Below, in pieces: positions 49,701 through 64,000 of a DNA stretch of 64,000 nt (position 1 is the stretch's first letter; each line of letters opens with the position of its first letter). The stretch is from positions 146,155-210,154 of the forward strand of contig JAUCBJ010000648.1 of the NCBI GenBank assembly GCA_032718475.1. Direction: 5' to 3'. The position numbers and the translations under genes were made by a program. The DNA is from Nemertoderma westbladi (Eukaryota > Animalia > Xenacoelomorpha). Under the pieces are notes generated by a model, which saw only the letters and a program-made list of their open reading frames with translations, did not search any database and was not told the DNA's origin.

Positions 49701-52700
49701 GAGCAAGTTATATAGTGGGTTCGTAGACGGAGAGCAAGTTATATAGTGGGTTCGTAGACTGAGAGCAAGTTATATAGTGGGTTCGTAGACGGAGAGCAAG
49801 TTATATAGTGGGTTCGTAGACTGAGAGCAAGTTATATAGTGGGTTCGTAGACTGAGAGCAAGTTATATAGTGGGTTCGTAGACGGAGAGCAAGTCATATA
49901 GGGGGTTCGTAGACTGAGATCAAGTTATATAGTGGGTTCGTAGACTGAGAGCAAGTTATATAGTGGGTTCGTAGACTGAGAGCAAGTTATATAGTGGGTT
50001 CGTAGACTGGGAGCAAGTTATATAGTGGGTTCGTAGACTGAGAGCAAGTTATATAGTGGGTTCGTAGACGGAGAGCAAGTCATATAGTGGGTTCGTAGAC
50101 TGAGAGCAAGTTATATAGTGGGTTCGGAAACGGAGAGCAAGTTATATAGTGGGTTCGTAGACGGAGAGCAAGTTATATAGTGGGTTCGTAGACTGAGAGC
50201 AAGTTATATAGTGGGTTCGTAGACTGAGAGCAAGTTATATAGTGGGTTCGTAGACGGAGAGCAAGTCATATAGTGGGTTCGTAGACTGAGAGCAAGTTAT
50301 ATAGTGGGTTCGGAAACGGAGAGCAAGTTATATAGTGGGTTCGTAGACTGAGAGCAAGTTATATAGTGGGTTCGTAGACGGAGAGCAAGTCATATAGTGG
50401 GTTCGTAGACGGAGAGCAAGTTATATAGTGGGTTCGTAGACTGAGAGCAAGTTATATAGTGGGTTCGTAGACGGAGAGCAAGTTATATAGTGGGTTCGTA
50501 GACTGAGAGCAAGTTATATAGTGGGTTCGTAGACTGAGAGCAAGTTATATAGTGGGTTCGTAGACTGAGAGCAAGTTATATAGTGGGTTCGTAGACTGAG
50601 AGCAAGTTATATAGTGGGTTCGTAGACTGAGAGCAAGTTATATAGTGGGTTCGTAGACTGAGAGCAAGTTATATAGTGGGTTCGTAGACTGAGAGCAAGT
50701 CATATAGTGGGTTCGTAGACTGAGAGCAAGTTATATAGTGGGTTCGTAGACGGAGAGCAAGTCATATAGTGGGTTCGTAGACTGAGATCAAGTTATATAG
50801 TGGGTTCGTAGACTGAGAGCAAGTTATATAGTGGGTTCGTAGACTGAGAGCAAGTTATATAGTGGGTTCGTAGACTGGGAGCAAGTTATATAGTGGGTTC
50901 GTAGACTGAGAGCAAGTTATATAGTGGGTTCGCAGACTGAGAGCAAGTTATATAGTGGGTTCGCAGACTGAGAGCAAGTTATATAGTGGGTTCGTAGACT
51001 GAGAGCAAGTTATATAGTGGGTTCGTAGACTGAGAGCAAGTTATATAGTGGGTTCGTAGACTGAGAGCAAGTTATATAGTGGGTTCGCAGACTGAGAGCA
51101 AGTTATATAGTGGGTTCGTAGACTGAGAGCAAGTTATATAGTGGGTTCGCAGACTGAGAGCAAGTTATATAGTGGGTTCGTAGACTGAGAGCAAGTTATA
51201 TAGTGGGTTCGTAGACGGAGAGCAAGTTATATAGTGGGTTCGTAGACTGAGAGCAAGTTATATAGTGGGTTCGTAGACTGAGAGCAAGTTATATAGTGGG
51301 TTCGCAGACTGAGAGCAAGTTATATAGTGGGTTCGTAGACTGAGAGCAAGTTATATAGTGGGTTCGTAGACGGAGAGCAAGTTATATAGTGGGTTCGTAG
51401 ACTGAGAGCAAGTTATATAGTGGGTTCGTAGACTGAGAGCAAGTTATATAGTGGGTTCGTAGACTGAGAGCAAGTTATATAGTGGGTTCGTAGACTGAGA
51501 GCAAGTTATATAGTGGGTTCGTAGACTGAGAGCAAGTTATATAGTGGGTTCGTAGACGGAGAGCAAGTTATATAGTGGGTTCGTAGACTGAGAGCAAATC
51601 ATATAGTGGGTTCGTAGACGGAGAGCAAGTTATATAGTGGGTTCGTAGACGGAGAGCAAGTTATATAGTGGGTTCGTAGACTGAGAGCAAGTTATATAGT
51701 GGGTTCGTAGACTGAGAGCAAGTTATATAGTGGGTTCGTAGACCTAGAGCAAGTTATATAGTGGGTTCGTAGACTGAGAGCAAGTTATATAGTGGGTTCG
51801 GAAACGGAGAGCAAGTTATATAGTGGGTTCGTAGACGGAGAGCAAGTTATATAGTGGGTTCGTAGACTGAGAGCAAGTTATATAGTGGGTTCGTAGACTG
51901 AGAGCAAGTTATATAGTGGGTTCGTAGACGGAGAGCAAGTTATATAGTGGGTTCGTAGACTGAGAGCAAGTTATATAGTGGGTTCGTAGACGGAGAGCAA
52001 GTTATATAGGGGGTTCGTAGACGGAGAGCAAGTTATATAGTGGGTTCGTAGACTGAGAGCAAGTTATATAGTGGGTTCGTAGACTGAGAGCAAGTTATAT
52101 AGTGGGTTCGTAGACTGAGAGCAAGTTATATAGTGGGTTCGTAGACTGAGAGCAAGTTATATAGTGGGTTCGTAGACTGAGAGCAAGTTATATAGTGGGT
52201 TCGTAGACGGAGAGCAAGTTATATAGTGGGTTCGTAGACTGAGAGCAAGTTATATAGTGGGTTCGTAGACTGAGAGCAAGTTATATAGTGGGTTCGTAGA
52301 CTGAGAGCAAGTTATATAGTGGGTTCGTAGACTGAGAGCAAGTTATATAGTGGGTTCGGAAACGGAGAGCAAGTTATATAGTGGGTTCGTAGACTGAGAG
52401 CAAGTTATATAGTGGGTTCGTAGACTGAGAGCAAGTTATATAGTGGGTTCGTAGACTGAGAGCAAGTTATATAGTGGGTTTGTAGACTGAGAGCAAGTTA
52501 TATAGTGGGTTCGTAGACGGAGAGCAAGTTATATAGTGGGTTCGTAGACTGAGAGCAAGTTATATAGTGGGTTCGTAGACTGAGAGCAAGTTATATAGTG
52601 GGTTCGTAGACTGAGAGCAAGTTATATAGTGGGTTCGTAGACTGAGAGCAAGTTATATAGTGGGTTCGTAGACTGAGAGCAAGTTATATAGTGGGTTCGT

Positions 52701-55700
52701 AGACTGAGAGCAAGTTATATAGTGGGTTCGTAGACTGAGAGCAAGTTATATAGTGGGTTCGTAGACTGAGAGCAAGTTATATAGTGGGTTCGGAAACGGA
52801 GAGCAAGTTATATAGTGGGTTCGTAGACGGAGAGCAAGTTATATAGTGGGTTCGTAGACTGAGAGCAAGTTATATAGTGGGTTCGTAGACTGAGAGCAAG
52901 TTATATAGTGGGTTCGTAGACTGAGAGCAAGTTATATAGTGGGTTCGTAGACTGAGAGCAAGTTATATAGTGGGTTCGTAGACTGAGAGCAAGTTATATA
53001 GTGGGTTCGTAGACTGAGAGCAAGTTATATAGTGGGTTCGTAGACTGAGAGCAAGTTATATAGTGGGTTCGTAGACTGAGAGCAAGTTATATAGTGGGTT
53101 CGTAGACTGAGAGCAAGTTATATAGTGGGTTCGTAGACTGAGAGCAAGTTATATAGTGGGTTCGTAGACTGAGAGCAAGTTATATAGTGGGTTCGTAGAC
53201 TGAGAGCAAGTTATATAGTGGGTTCGTAGACTGAGAGCAAGTTATATAGTGGGTTCGTAGACGGAGAGCAAGTTATATAGTGGGTTCGTAGACCTAGAGC
53301 AAGTTATATAGTGGGTTCGTAGACTGAGAGCAAGTTATATAGTGGGTTCGGAAACGGAGAGCAAGTTATATAGTGGGTTCGTAGACGGAGAGCAAGTTAT
53401 ATAGTGGGTTCGTAGACTGAGAGCAAGTTATATAGTGGGTTCGTAGACTGAGAGCAAGTTATATAGTGGGTTCGTAGACTGAGAGCAAGTTATATAGTGG
53501 GTTCGGAAACGGAGAGCAAGTTATATAGTGGGTTCGTAGACGGAGAGCAAGTTATATAGTGGGTTCGTAGACTGAGAGCAAGTTATATAGTGGGTTCGGA
53601 AACGGAGAGCAAGTTATATAGTGGGTTCGTAGACTGAGAGCAAGTTATATAGTGGGTTCGTAGACTGAGAGCAAGTTATATAGTGGGTTCGTAGACTGAG
53701 AGCAAGTTATATAGTGGGTTCGGAAACGGAGAGCAAGTTATATAGTGGGTTCGTAGACAGAGAGCAAGTTATATAGTGGGTTCGTAGACTGAGAGCAAGT
53801 TATATAGTGGGTTCGTAGACTGAGAGCAAGTTATATAGTGGGTTCGGAAACGGAGAGCAAGTTATATAGTGGGTTCGTAGACTGAGAGCAAGTTATATAG
53901 TGGGTTCGTAGACTGAGAGCAAGTTATATAGTGGGTTCGTAGACCTAGAGCAAGTTATATAGTGGGTTCGTAGACGGAGAGCAAGTTATATAGTGGGTTC
54001 GTAGACTGAGAGCAAGTTATATAGTGGGTTCGGAAACGGAGAGCAAGTTATATAGTGGGTTCGTAGACGGAGAGCAAGTTATATAGTGGGTTCGTAGACT
54101 GAGAGCAAGTTACATAGTGGGTTCGTAGACTGAGAGCAAGTTATTTAGTGGGTCCGTAGACTGGGAGAAAGTTATATAGTGGGTTCGTAGACGGAGAGCA
54201 AGTTATATAGTGGGTTCGTAGACTGAGAGCAAGTTATATAGTGGGTTCGTAGACTGAGAGCAAGTTATATAGTGGGTTCGTAGACTGGGAGCAAGTTATA
54301 TAGTGGGTTCGTAGAATGAGAGCAAGTCATATAGTGGGTTCGTAGACTGAGAGCAAGTTATATAGTGGGTTCGTAGACTGAGAGCAAGTTATATAGTGGG
54401 TTCGTAGACTGAGAGCAAGTTATATAGTGGGTTCGTAGACTGAGAGCAAGTTATATAGTGGGTTCGCAGACTGAGAGCAAGTTATATAGTGGGTTCGTAG
54501 ACTGAGAGCAAGTTATATAGTGGGTTCGTAGACGGAGAGCAAGTTATATAGTGGGTTCGTAGACTGAGAGCAAGTTATATAGTGGGTTCGTAGACTGAGA
54601 GCAAGTTATATAGTGGGTTCGTAGACTGAGAGCAAGTTATATAGTGGGTTCGTAGACTGAGAGCAAGTTATATAGTGGGTTCGTAGACGGAGAGCAAGTT
54701 ATATAGTGGGTTCGTAGACTGAGAGCAAGTTATATAGTGGGTTCGTAGACGGAGAGCAAGTTATATAGTGGGTTCGTAGACTGAGAGCAAGTTATATAGT
54801 GGGTTCGTAGACTGAGAGCAAGTTATATAGTGGGTTCGTAGACGGAGAGCAAGTTATATAGTGGGTTCGTAGACTGAGAGCAAGTTATATAGTGGGTTCG
54901 TAGACTGAGAGCAAGTTATATAGTGGGTTCGTAGACTGAGAGCAAGTTATATAGTGGGTTCGTAGACTGAGAGCAAGTTATATAGTGGGTTCGTAGACTG
55001 AGAGCAAGTTATATAGTGGGTTCGTAGACTGAGAGCAAGTTATATAGTGGGTTCGTAGACTGAGAGCAAGTTATATAGTGGGTTCGTAGACGGAGAGCAA
55101 GTTATATAGTGGGTTCGTAGACTGAGAGCAAGTTATATAGTGGGTTCGTAGACTGAGAGCAAGTTATATAGTGGGTTCGTAGACTGAGAGCAAGTTATAT
55201 AGTGGGTTCGTAGACGGAGAGCAAGTTATATAGTGGGTTCGTAGACTGAGAGCAAGTTATATAGTGGGTTCGTAGACTGAGAGCAAGTTATATAGTGGGT
55301 TCGTAGACTGAGAGCAAGTTATATAGTGGGTTCGTAGACGGAGAGCAAGTTATATAGTGGGTTCGTAGACGGAGAGCAAGTTATATAGTGGGTTCGTAGA
55401 CTGAGAGCAAGTTATATAGTGGGTTCGTAGACGGAGAGCAAGTTATATAGTGGGTTCGTAGACTGAGAGCAAGTTATATAGTGGGTTCGTAGACTGAGAG
55501 CAAGTTATATAGTGGGTTCGTAGACTGAGAGCAAGTTATATAGTGGGTTCGTAGACTGAGAGCAAGTTATATAGTGGGTTCGTAGACTGAGAGCAAGTTA
55601 TATAGTGGGTTCGTAGACTGAGAGCAAGTTATATAGTGGGTTCGTAGACGGAGAGCAAGTTATATAGTGGGTTCGTAGACGGAGAGCAAGTCATATAGTG

Positions 55701-58700
55701 GGTTCGTAGACTGAGATCAAGTTATATAGTGGGTTCGTAGACGGAGAGCAAGTCATATAGTGGGTTCGTAGACTGAGATCAAGTTATATAGTGGGTTCGT
55801 AGACTGAGAGCAAGTTATATAGTGGGTTCGTAGACTGAGAGCAAGTTATATAGTGGGTTCGTAGACTGAGAGCAAGTTATATAGTGGGTTCGTAGACTGG
55901 AGAGCAAGTTATATAGTGGGTTCGTAGACTGAGAGCAAGTTATATAGTGGGTTCGTAGACTGAGAGCAAGTTATATAGTGGGTTCGTAGACTGAGAGCAA
56001 GTTATATAGTGGGTTCGTAGACTGAGAGCAAGTTATATAGTGGGTTCGTAGACTGAGAGCAAGTTATATAGTGGGTTCGTAGACTGAGAGCAAGTCATAT
56101 AGTGGGTTCGTAGACTGAGATCAAGTTATATAGTGGGTTCGTAGACGGAGAGCAAGTCATATAGTGGGTTCGTAGACTGAGATCAAGTTATATAGTGGGT
56201 TCGTAGACTGAGAGCAAGTTATATAGTGGGTTCGTAGACTGAGAGCAAGTTATATAGTGGGTTCGTAGACTGGGAGCAAGTTATATAGTGGGTTCGTAGA
56301 CTGGGAGCAAGTTATATAGTGGGTTCGTAGACTGAGAGCAAGTTATATAGTGGGTTCGCAGACTGAGAGCAAGTTATATAGTGGGTTCGCAGACTGAGAG
56401 CAAGTTATATAGTGGGTTCGTAGACTGAGAGCAAGTTATATAGTGGGTTCGTAGACTGAGAGCAAGTTATATAGTGGGTTCGCAGACTGAGAGCAAGTTA
56501 TATAGTGGGTTCGTAGACTGAGAGCAAGTTATATAGTGGGTTCGCAGACTGAGAGCAAGTTATATAGTGGGTTCGTAGACTGAGAGCAAGTTATATAGTG
56601 GGTTCGCAGACTGAGAGCAAGTTATATAGTGGGTTCGTAGACTGAGAGCAAGTTATATAGTGGGTTCGTAGGCTGAGAGCAAGTTATATAGTGGGTTCGC
56701 AGACTGAGAGCAAGTTATATAGTGGGTTCGTAGACTGAGAGCAAGTTATATAGTGGGTTCGCAGACTGAGAGCAAGTTATATAGTGGGTTCGTAGACTGA
56801 GAGCAAGTTATATAGTGGGTTCGTAGACGGAGAGCAAGTTATATAGTGGGTTCGTAGACTGAGAGCAAGTTATATAGTGGGTTCGTAGACTGAGAGCAAG
56901 TTATATAGTGGGTTCGCAGACTGAGAGCAAGTTATATAGTGGGTTCGTAGACTGAGAGCAAGTTATATAGTGGGTTCGTAGACGGAGAGCAAGTTATATA
57001 GTGGGTTCGTAGACTGAGAGCAAGTTATATAGTGGGTTCGTAGACTGAGAGCAAGTTATATAGTGGGTTCGTAGACTGAGAGCAAGTTATATAGTGGGTT
57101 CGTAGACTGAGAGCAAGTTATATAGTGGGTTCGTAGACTGAGAGCAAGTTATATAGTGGGTTCGTAGACGGAGAGCAAGTTATATAGTGGGTTCGTAGAC
57201 TGAGAGCAAATCATATAGTGGGTTCGTAGACGGAGAGCAAGTTATATAGTGGGTTCGTAGACGGAGAGCAAGTTATATAGTGGGTTTGTAGACTGAGAGC
57301 AAGTTATATAGTGGGTTCGTAGACTGAGAGCAAGTTATATAGTGGGTTCGTAGACCTAGAGCAAGTTATATAGTGGGTTCGTAGACTGAGAGCAAGTTAT
57401 ATAGTGGGTTCGGAAACGGAGAGCAAGTTATATAGTGGGTTCGTAGACGGAGAGCAAGTTATATAGTGGGTTCGTAGACTGAGAGCAAGTTATATAGTGG
57501 GTTCGTAGACTGAGAGCAAGTTATATAGTGGATTCGTAGACGGAGAGCAAGTTATATAGTGGGTTCGTAGACTGAGAGCAAGTTATATAGTGGGTTCGTA
57601 GACTGAGAGCAAGTTATATAGGGGGTTCGTAGACGGAGAGCAAGTTATATAGTGGGTTCGTAGACTGAGAGCAAGTTATATAGTGGGTTCGTAGACTGAG
57701 AGCAAGTTATATAGTGGGTTCGTAGACTGAGAGCAAGTTATATAGTGGGTTCGTAGACTGAGAGTAAGTTATATAGTGGGTTCGCAGACTGAGAGCAAGT
57801 TATATAGTGGGTTCGTAGACTGAGAGCAAGTTATATAGTGGGTTCGTAGACCTAGAGCAAGTTATATAGTGCGTTCGTAGACCTAGAGCAAGTTATATAG
57901 TGGGTTCGCAGACTGAGAGCAAGTTATATAGTGGGTTCGTAGACTGGGAGCAAGTTATATAGTGGGTTCGTAGACTGAGAGCAAGTTATATAGTGGGTTC
58001 GTAGACTGAGAGCAAGTTATATAGTGGGTTCGGAAACGGAGAGCAAGTTATATAGTGGGTTCGTAGACAGAGAGCAAGTTATATAGTGGGTTCGTAGACT
58101 GAGAGCAAGTTATATAGTGGGTTCGTAGACTGAGAGCAAGTTATATAGTGGGTTCGTAGACGGAGAGCAAGTTATATAGTGGGTTCGTAGACTGAGAGCA
58201 AGTTATATAGTGGGTTCGTAGACTGAGAGCAAGTTATATAGTGGGTTCGTAGACTGAGAGCAAGTTATATAGTGGGTTCGTAGACTGAGAGCAAGTTATA
58301 TAGTGGGTTCGTAGACTGAGAGCAAGTTATATAGTGGGTTCGTAGACCTAGAGCAAGTTATATAGTGGGTTCGTAGACGGAGAGCAAGTTATATAGTGGG
58401 TTCGTAGACTGAGAGCAAGTTATATAGTGGGTTCGGAAACGGAGAGCAAGTTATATAGTGGGTTCGTAGACGGAGAGCAAGTTATATAGTGGGTTCGTAG
58501 ACGGAGAGCAAGTTATATAGTGGGTTCGTAGACTGAGAGCAAGTTATATAGTGGGTTCGTAGACTGAGAGCAAGTTATATAGTGGGTTCGTAGACTGAGA
58601 GCAAGTTATATAGTGGGTTCGGAAACGGAGAGCAAGTTATATAGTGGGTTCGTAGACTGAGAGCAAGTTATATAGTGGGTTCGTAGACTGAGAGCAAGTT

Positions 58701-61700
58701 ATATAGTGGGTTCGTAGACTGAGAGCAAGTTATATAGTGGGTTCGTAGACTGAGAGCAAGTTATATAGTGGGTTCGGAAACGGAGAGCAAGTTATATAGT
58801 GGGTTCGTAGACTGAGAGCAAGTTATATAGTGGGTTCGTAGACGGAGAGCAAGTTATATAGTGGGTTCGTAGACTGAGAGCAAGTTATATAGTGGGTTCG
58901 TAGACTGAGAGCAAGTTATATAGTGGGTTCGTAGACTGAGAGCAAGTTATATAGTGGGTTCGTAGACGGAGAGCAAGTTATATAGTGGGTTCGTAGACTG
59001 AGAGCAAGTTATATAGTGGGTTCGTAGACTGAGAGCAAGTTATATAGTGGGTTCGTAGACTGAGAGCAAGTTATATAGTGGGTTCGTAGACTGAGAGCAA
59101 GTTATATAGTGGGTTCGTAGACTGAGAGCAAGTTATATAGTGGGTTCGTAGACGGAGAGCAAGTTATATAGTGGGTTCGTAGACTGAGAGCAAATCATAT
59201 AGTGGGTTCGTAGACGGAGAGCAAGTTATATAGTGGGTTCGTAGACGGAGAGCAAGTTATATAGTGGGTTTGTAGACTGAGAGCAAGTTATATAGTGGGT
59301 TCGTAGACTGAGAGCAAGTTATATAGTGGGTTCGTAGACCTAGAGCAAGTTATATAGTGGGTTCGTAGACTGAGAGCAAGTTATATAGTGGGTTCGTAGA
59401 CTGAGAGCAAGTTATATAGTGGGTTCGGAAACGGAGAGCAAGTTATATAGTGGGTTCGTAGACGGAGAGCAAGTTATATAGTGGGTTCGTAGACTGAGAG
59501 CAAGTTATATAGTGGGTTCGTAGACTGAGAGCAAGTTATATAGTGGGTTCGTAGACTGAGAGCAAGTTATATAGTGGGTTCGTAGACGGAGAGCAAGTTA
59601 TATAGTGGGTTCGTAGACTGAGAGCAAGTTATATAGTGGGTTCGTAGACTGAGAGCAAGTTATATAGTGGGTTCGTAGACTGAGAGCAAGTTATATAGTG
59701 GGTTCGTAGACTGAGAGCAAGTTATATAGTGGGTTCGTAGACTGAGAGCAAGTTATATAGTGGGTTCGTAGACCTAGAGCAAGTTATATAGTGGGTTCGT
59801 AGACGGAGAGCAAGTTATATAGTGGGTTCGTAGACTGAGAGCAAGTTATATAGTGGGTTCGGAAACGGAGAGCAAGTTATATAGTGGGTTCGTAGACGGA
59901 GAGCAAGTTATATAGTGGGTTCGTAGACGGAGAGCAAGTTATATAGTGGGTTCGTAGACTGAGAGCAAGTTATATAGTGGGTTCGTAGACTGAGAGCAAG
60001 TTATATAGTGGGTTCGTAGACTGAGAGCAAGTTATATAGTGGGTTCGGAAACGGAGAGCAAGTTATATAGTGGGTTCGTAGACTGAGAGCAAGTTATATA
60101 GTGGGTTCGTAGACTGAGAGCAAGTTATATAGTGGGTTCGTAGACTGAGAGCAAGTTATATAGTGGGTTCGTAGACTGAGAGCAAGTTATATAGTGGGTT
60201 CGGAAACGGAGAGCAAGTTATATAGTGGGTTCGTAGACTGAGAGCAAGTTATATAGTGGGTTCGTAGACGGAGAGCAAGTTATATAGTGGGTTCGTAGAC
60301 TGAGAGCAAGTTATATAGTGGGTTCGTAGACTGAGAGCAAGTTATATAGTGGGTTCGTAGACTGAGAGCAAGTTATATAGTGGGTTCGTAGACGGAGAGC
60401 AAGTTATATAGTGGGTTCGTAGACTGAGAGCAAGTTATATAGTGGGTTCGTAGACTGAGAGCAAGTTATATAGTGGGTTCGTAGACTGAGAGCAAGTTAT
60501 ATAGTGGGTTCGTAGACTGAGAGCAAGTTATATAGTGGGTTCGTAGACTGAGAGCAAGTTATATAGTGGGTTCGTAGACGGAGAGCAAGTTATATAGTGG
60601 GTTCGTAGACTGAGAGCAAGTTATATAGTGGGTTCGTAGACGGAGAGCAAGTTATATAGTGGGTTCGTAGACGGAGAGCAAGTTATATAGTGGGTTCGTA
60701 GACTGAGAGCAAGTTATATAGTGGGTTCGTAGACTGAGAGCAAGTTATATAGTGGGTTCGTAGACTGAGAGCAAGTTATATAGTGGGTTCGTAGACTGAG
60801 AGCAAGTTATATAGTGGGTTCGTAGACTGAGAGCAAGTTATATAGTGGGTTCGGAGACGGAGAGCAAGTTATATAGTGGGTTCGTAGACGGAGAGCAAGT
60901 TATATAGTGGGTTCGTAGACTGAGAGCAAGTTATATAGTGGGTTCGTAGACTGAGAGCAAGTTATATAGTGGGTTCGTAGACTGAGAGCAAGTTATATAG
61001 TGGGTTCGTAGACGGAGAGCAAGTTATATAGTGGGTTCGTAGACTGAGAGCAAGTTATATAGTGGGTTCGTAGACTGAGAGCAAGTTATATAGTGGGTTC
61101 GTAGACTGAGAGCAAGTTATATAGTGGGTTCGTAGACTGAGAGCAAGTTATATAGTGGGTTCGTAGACTGAGAGCAAGTTATATAGTGGGTTCGTAGACT
61201 GAGAGCAAGTTATATAGTGGGTTCGTAGACTGAGAGCAAGTTATATAGTGGGTTCGTAGACTGAGAGCAAGTTATATAGTGGGTTCGTAGACTGAGAGCA
61301 AGTTATATAGTGGGTTCGTAGACTGAGAGCAAGTTATATAGTGGGTTCGTAGACTGAGAGCAAGTTATATAGTGGGTTCGTAGACTGAGAGCAAGTTATA
61401 TAGTGGGTTCGTAGACTGAGAGCAAGTTATATAGTGGGTTCGTAGACTGAGAGCAAGTTATATAGTGGGTTCGTAGACTGAGAGCAAGTTATATAGTGGG
61501 TTCGTAGACTGAGAGCAAGTTATATAGTGGGTTCGTAGACTGAGAGCAAGTCATATAGTGGGTTCGTAGACTGAGATCAAGTTATATAGTGGGTTCGTAG
61601 ACGGAGAGCAAGTCATATAGTGGGTTCGTAGACTGAGATCAAGTTATATAGTGGGTTCGTAGACTGAGAGCAAGTTATATAGTGGGTTCGTAGACTGAGA

Positions 61701-64000
61701 GCAAGTTATATAGTGGGTTCGTAGACTGGGAGCAAGTTATATAGTGGGTTCGTAGACTGGGAGCAAGTTATATAGTGGGTTCGTAGACTGAGAGCAAGTT
61801 ATATAGTGGGTTCGCAGACTGAGAGCAAGTTATATAGTGGGTTCGCAGACTGAGAGCAAGTTATATAGTGGGTTCGTAGACTGAGAGCAAGTTATATAGT
61901 GGGTTCGTAGACTGAGAGCAAGTTATATAGTGGGTTCGCAGACTGAGAGCAAGTTATATAGTGGGTTCGTAGACTGAGAGCAAGTTATATAGTGGGTTCG
62001 CAGACTGAGAGCAAGTTATATAGTGGGTTCGTAGACTGAGAGCAAGTTATATAGTGGGTTCGCAGACTGAGAGCAAGTTATATAGTGGGTTCGTAGACTG
62101 AGAGCAAGTTATATAGTGGGTTCGTAGGCTGAGAGCAAGTTATATAGTGGGTTCGCAGACTGAGAGCAAGTTATATAGTGGGTTCGTAGACTGAGAGCAA
62201 GTTATATAGTGGGTTCGCAGACTGAGAGCAAGTTATATAGTGGGTTCGTAGACTGAGAGCAAGTTATATAGTGGGTTCGTAGACGGAGAGCAAGTTATAT
62301 AGTGGGTTCGTAGACTGAGAGCAAGTTATATAGTGGGTTCGTAGACTGAGAGCAAGTTATATAGTGGGTTCGCAGACTGAGAGCAAGTTATATAGTGGGT
62401 TCGTAGACTGAGAGCAAGTTATATAGTGGGTTCGTAGACGGAGAGCAAGTTATATAGTGGGTTCGTAGACTGAGAGCAAGTTATATAGTGGGTTCGTAGA
62501 CTGAGAGCAAGTTATATAGTGGGTTCGTAGACTGAGAGCAAGTTATATAGTGGGTTCGTAGACTGAGAGCAAGTTATATAGTGGGTTCGTAGACTGAGAG
62601 CAAGTTATATAGTGGGTTCGTAGACGGAGAGCAAGTTATATAGTGGGTTCGTAGACTGAGAGCAAATCATATAGTGGGTTCGTAGACGGAGAGCAAGTTA
62701 TATAGTGGGTTCGTAGACGGAGAGCAAGTTATATAGTGGGTTCGTAGACTGAGAGCAAGTTATATAGTGGGTTCGTAGACTGAGAGCAAGTTATATAGTG
62801 GGTTCGTAGACTGAGAGCAAGTTATATAGTGGGTTCGGAAACGGAGAGCAAGTTATATAGTGGGTTCGTAGACTGAGAGCAAGTTATATGGTGGGTTCGT
62901 AGACTGAGAGCAAGTTATATAGTGGGTTCGTAGACTGAGAGCAAGTTATATAGTGGGTTCGTAGACTGAGAGCAAGTTATATAGTGGGTTCGGAAACGGA
63001 GAGCAAGTTATATAGTGGGTTCGTAGACTGAGAGCAAGTTATATAGTGGGTTCGTAGACTGAGAGCAAGTTATATAGTGGGTTCGCAGACTGAGAGCAAG
63101 TTATATAGTGGGTTCGTAGACTGAGAGCAAGTTATATAGTGGGTTCGTAGACGGAGAGCAAGTTATATAGTGGGTTCGTAGACTGAGAGCAAGTTATATA
63201 GTGGGTTCGTAGACTGAGAGCAAGTTATATAGTGGGTTCGTAGACTGAGAGCAAGTTATATAGTGGGTTCGTAGACTGAGAGCAAGTTATATAGTGGGTT
63301 CGTAGACTGAGAGCAAGTTATATAGTGGGTTCGTAGACGGAGAGCAAGTTATATAGTGGGTTCGTAGACTGAGAGCAAATCATATAGTGGGTTCGTAGAC
63401 GGAGAGCAAGTTATATAGTGGGTTCGTAGACGGAGAGCAAGTTATATAGTGGGTTTGTAGACTGAGAGCAAGTTATATAGTGGGTTCGTAGACTGAGAGC
63501 AAGTTATATAGTGGGTTCGTAGACCTAGAGCAAGTTATATAGTGGGTTCGTAGACTGAGAGCAAGTTATATAGTGGGTTCGGAAACGGAGAGCAAGTTAT
63601 ATAGTGGGTTCGTAGACGGAGAGCAAGTTATATAGTGGGTTCGTAGACTGAGAGCAAGTTATATAGTGGGTTCGTAGACTGAGAGCAAGTTATATAGTGG
63701 ATTCGTAGACTGAGAGCAAGTTATATAGTGGGTTCGTAGACTGAGAGCAAGTTATATAGTGGGTTCGTAGACGGAGAGCAAGTTATATAGTGGGTTCGTA
63801 GACTGAGAGCAAGTTATATAGTGGGTTCGTAGACTGAGAGCAAGTTATATAGTGGGTTCGTAGACTGAGAGCAAGTTATATAGTGGGTTCGTAGACGGAG
63901 AGCAAGTTATATAGTGGGTTCGGAGACGGAGAGCAAGTTATATAGTGGGTTCGTAGACTGAGAGCAAGTTATATAGTGGGTTCGTAGACTGAGAGCAAGT
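40711..64000. repeat. 31-bp satellite array, ~750 units, runs off the right edge
   Basis: Unit ATATAGTGGGTTCGTAGACTGAGAGCAAGTT with a limited set of recurrent variants (GACGG, GGAAACGG, CGCAG, GACCTAG, +GCA). Confidence 0.99.

Noticed and set aside
40711-64000. CRISPR-like 31-bp repeats
   Set aside because: Units are head-to-tail with no unique spacers and there are no cas genes; the same applies to the 23-, 26-, 30- and 42-bp arrays.

Overview
Repeat-dominated, AT-rich eukaryotic (probably invertebrate animal) genomic DNA; nothing looks prokaryotic. Two large satellites bracket the window: a 55-bp GC-rich array (1-4232) and a 31-bp array (40711 to the window end), both with higher-order duplications. 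The 36 kb between them is a mosaic of minisatellites (23, 26, 26, 30, 33, 42 and 53 bp), three RTE-type LINE fragments, a Merlin/ISXO2-like transposase relic, non-autonomous DNA transposons with clear TSDs (MULE-like, IS3EU-like and a 32-bp P-like micro-element) and several Helitron/Helentron-like elements. Most ORFs in the track are artefacts of repeats. Two results stand out. (1) A four-exon, phase-consistent minus-strand coding gene of unrecognised function (19625 to 10418) that the ORF track misses. (2) A non-autonomous element family bounded by TGT...TGT(A), for which an empty site is present in the window, and whose termini have seeded local tandem arrays. All coordinates and alignments were read by eye.
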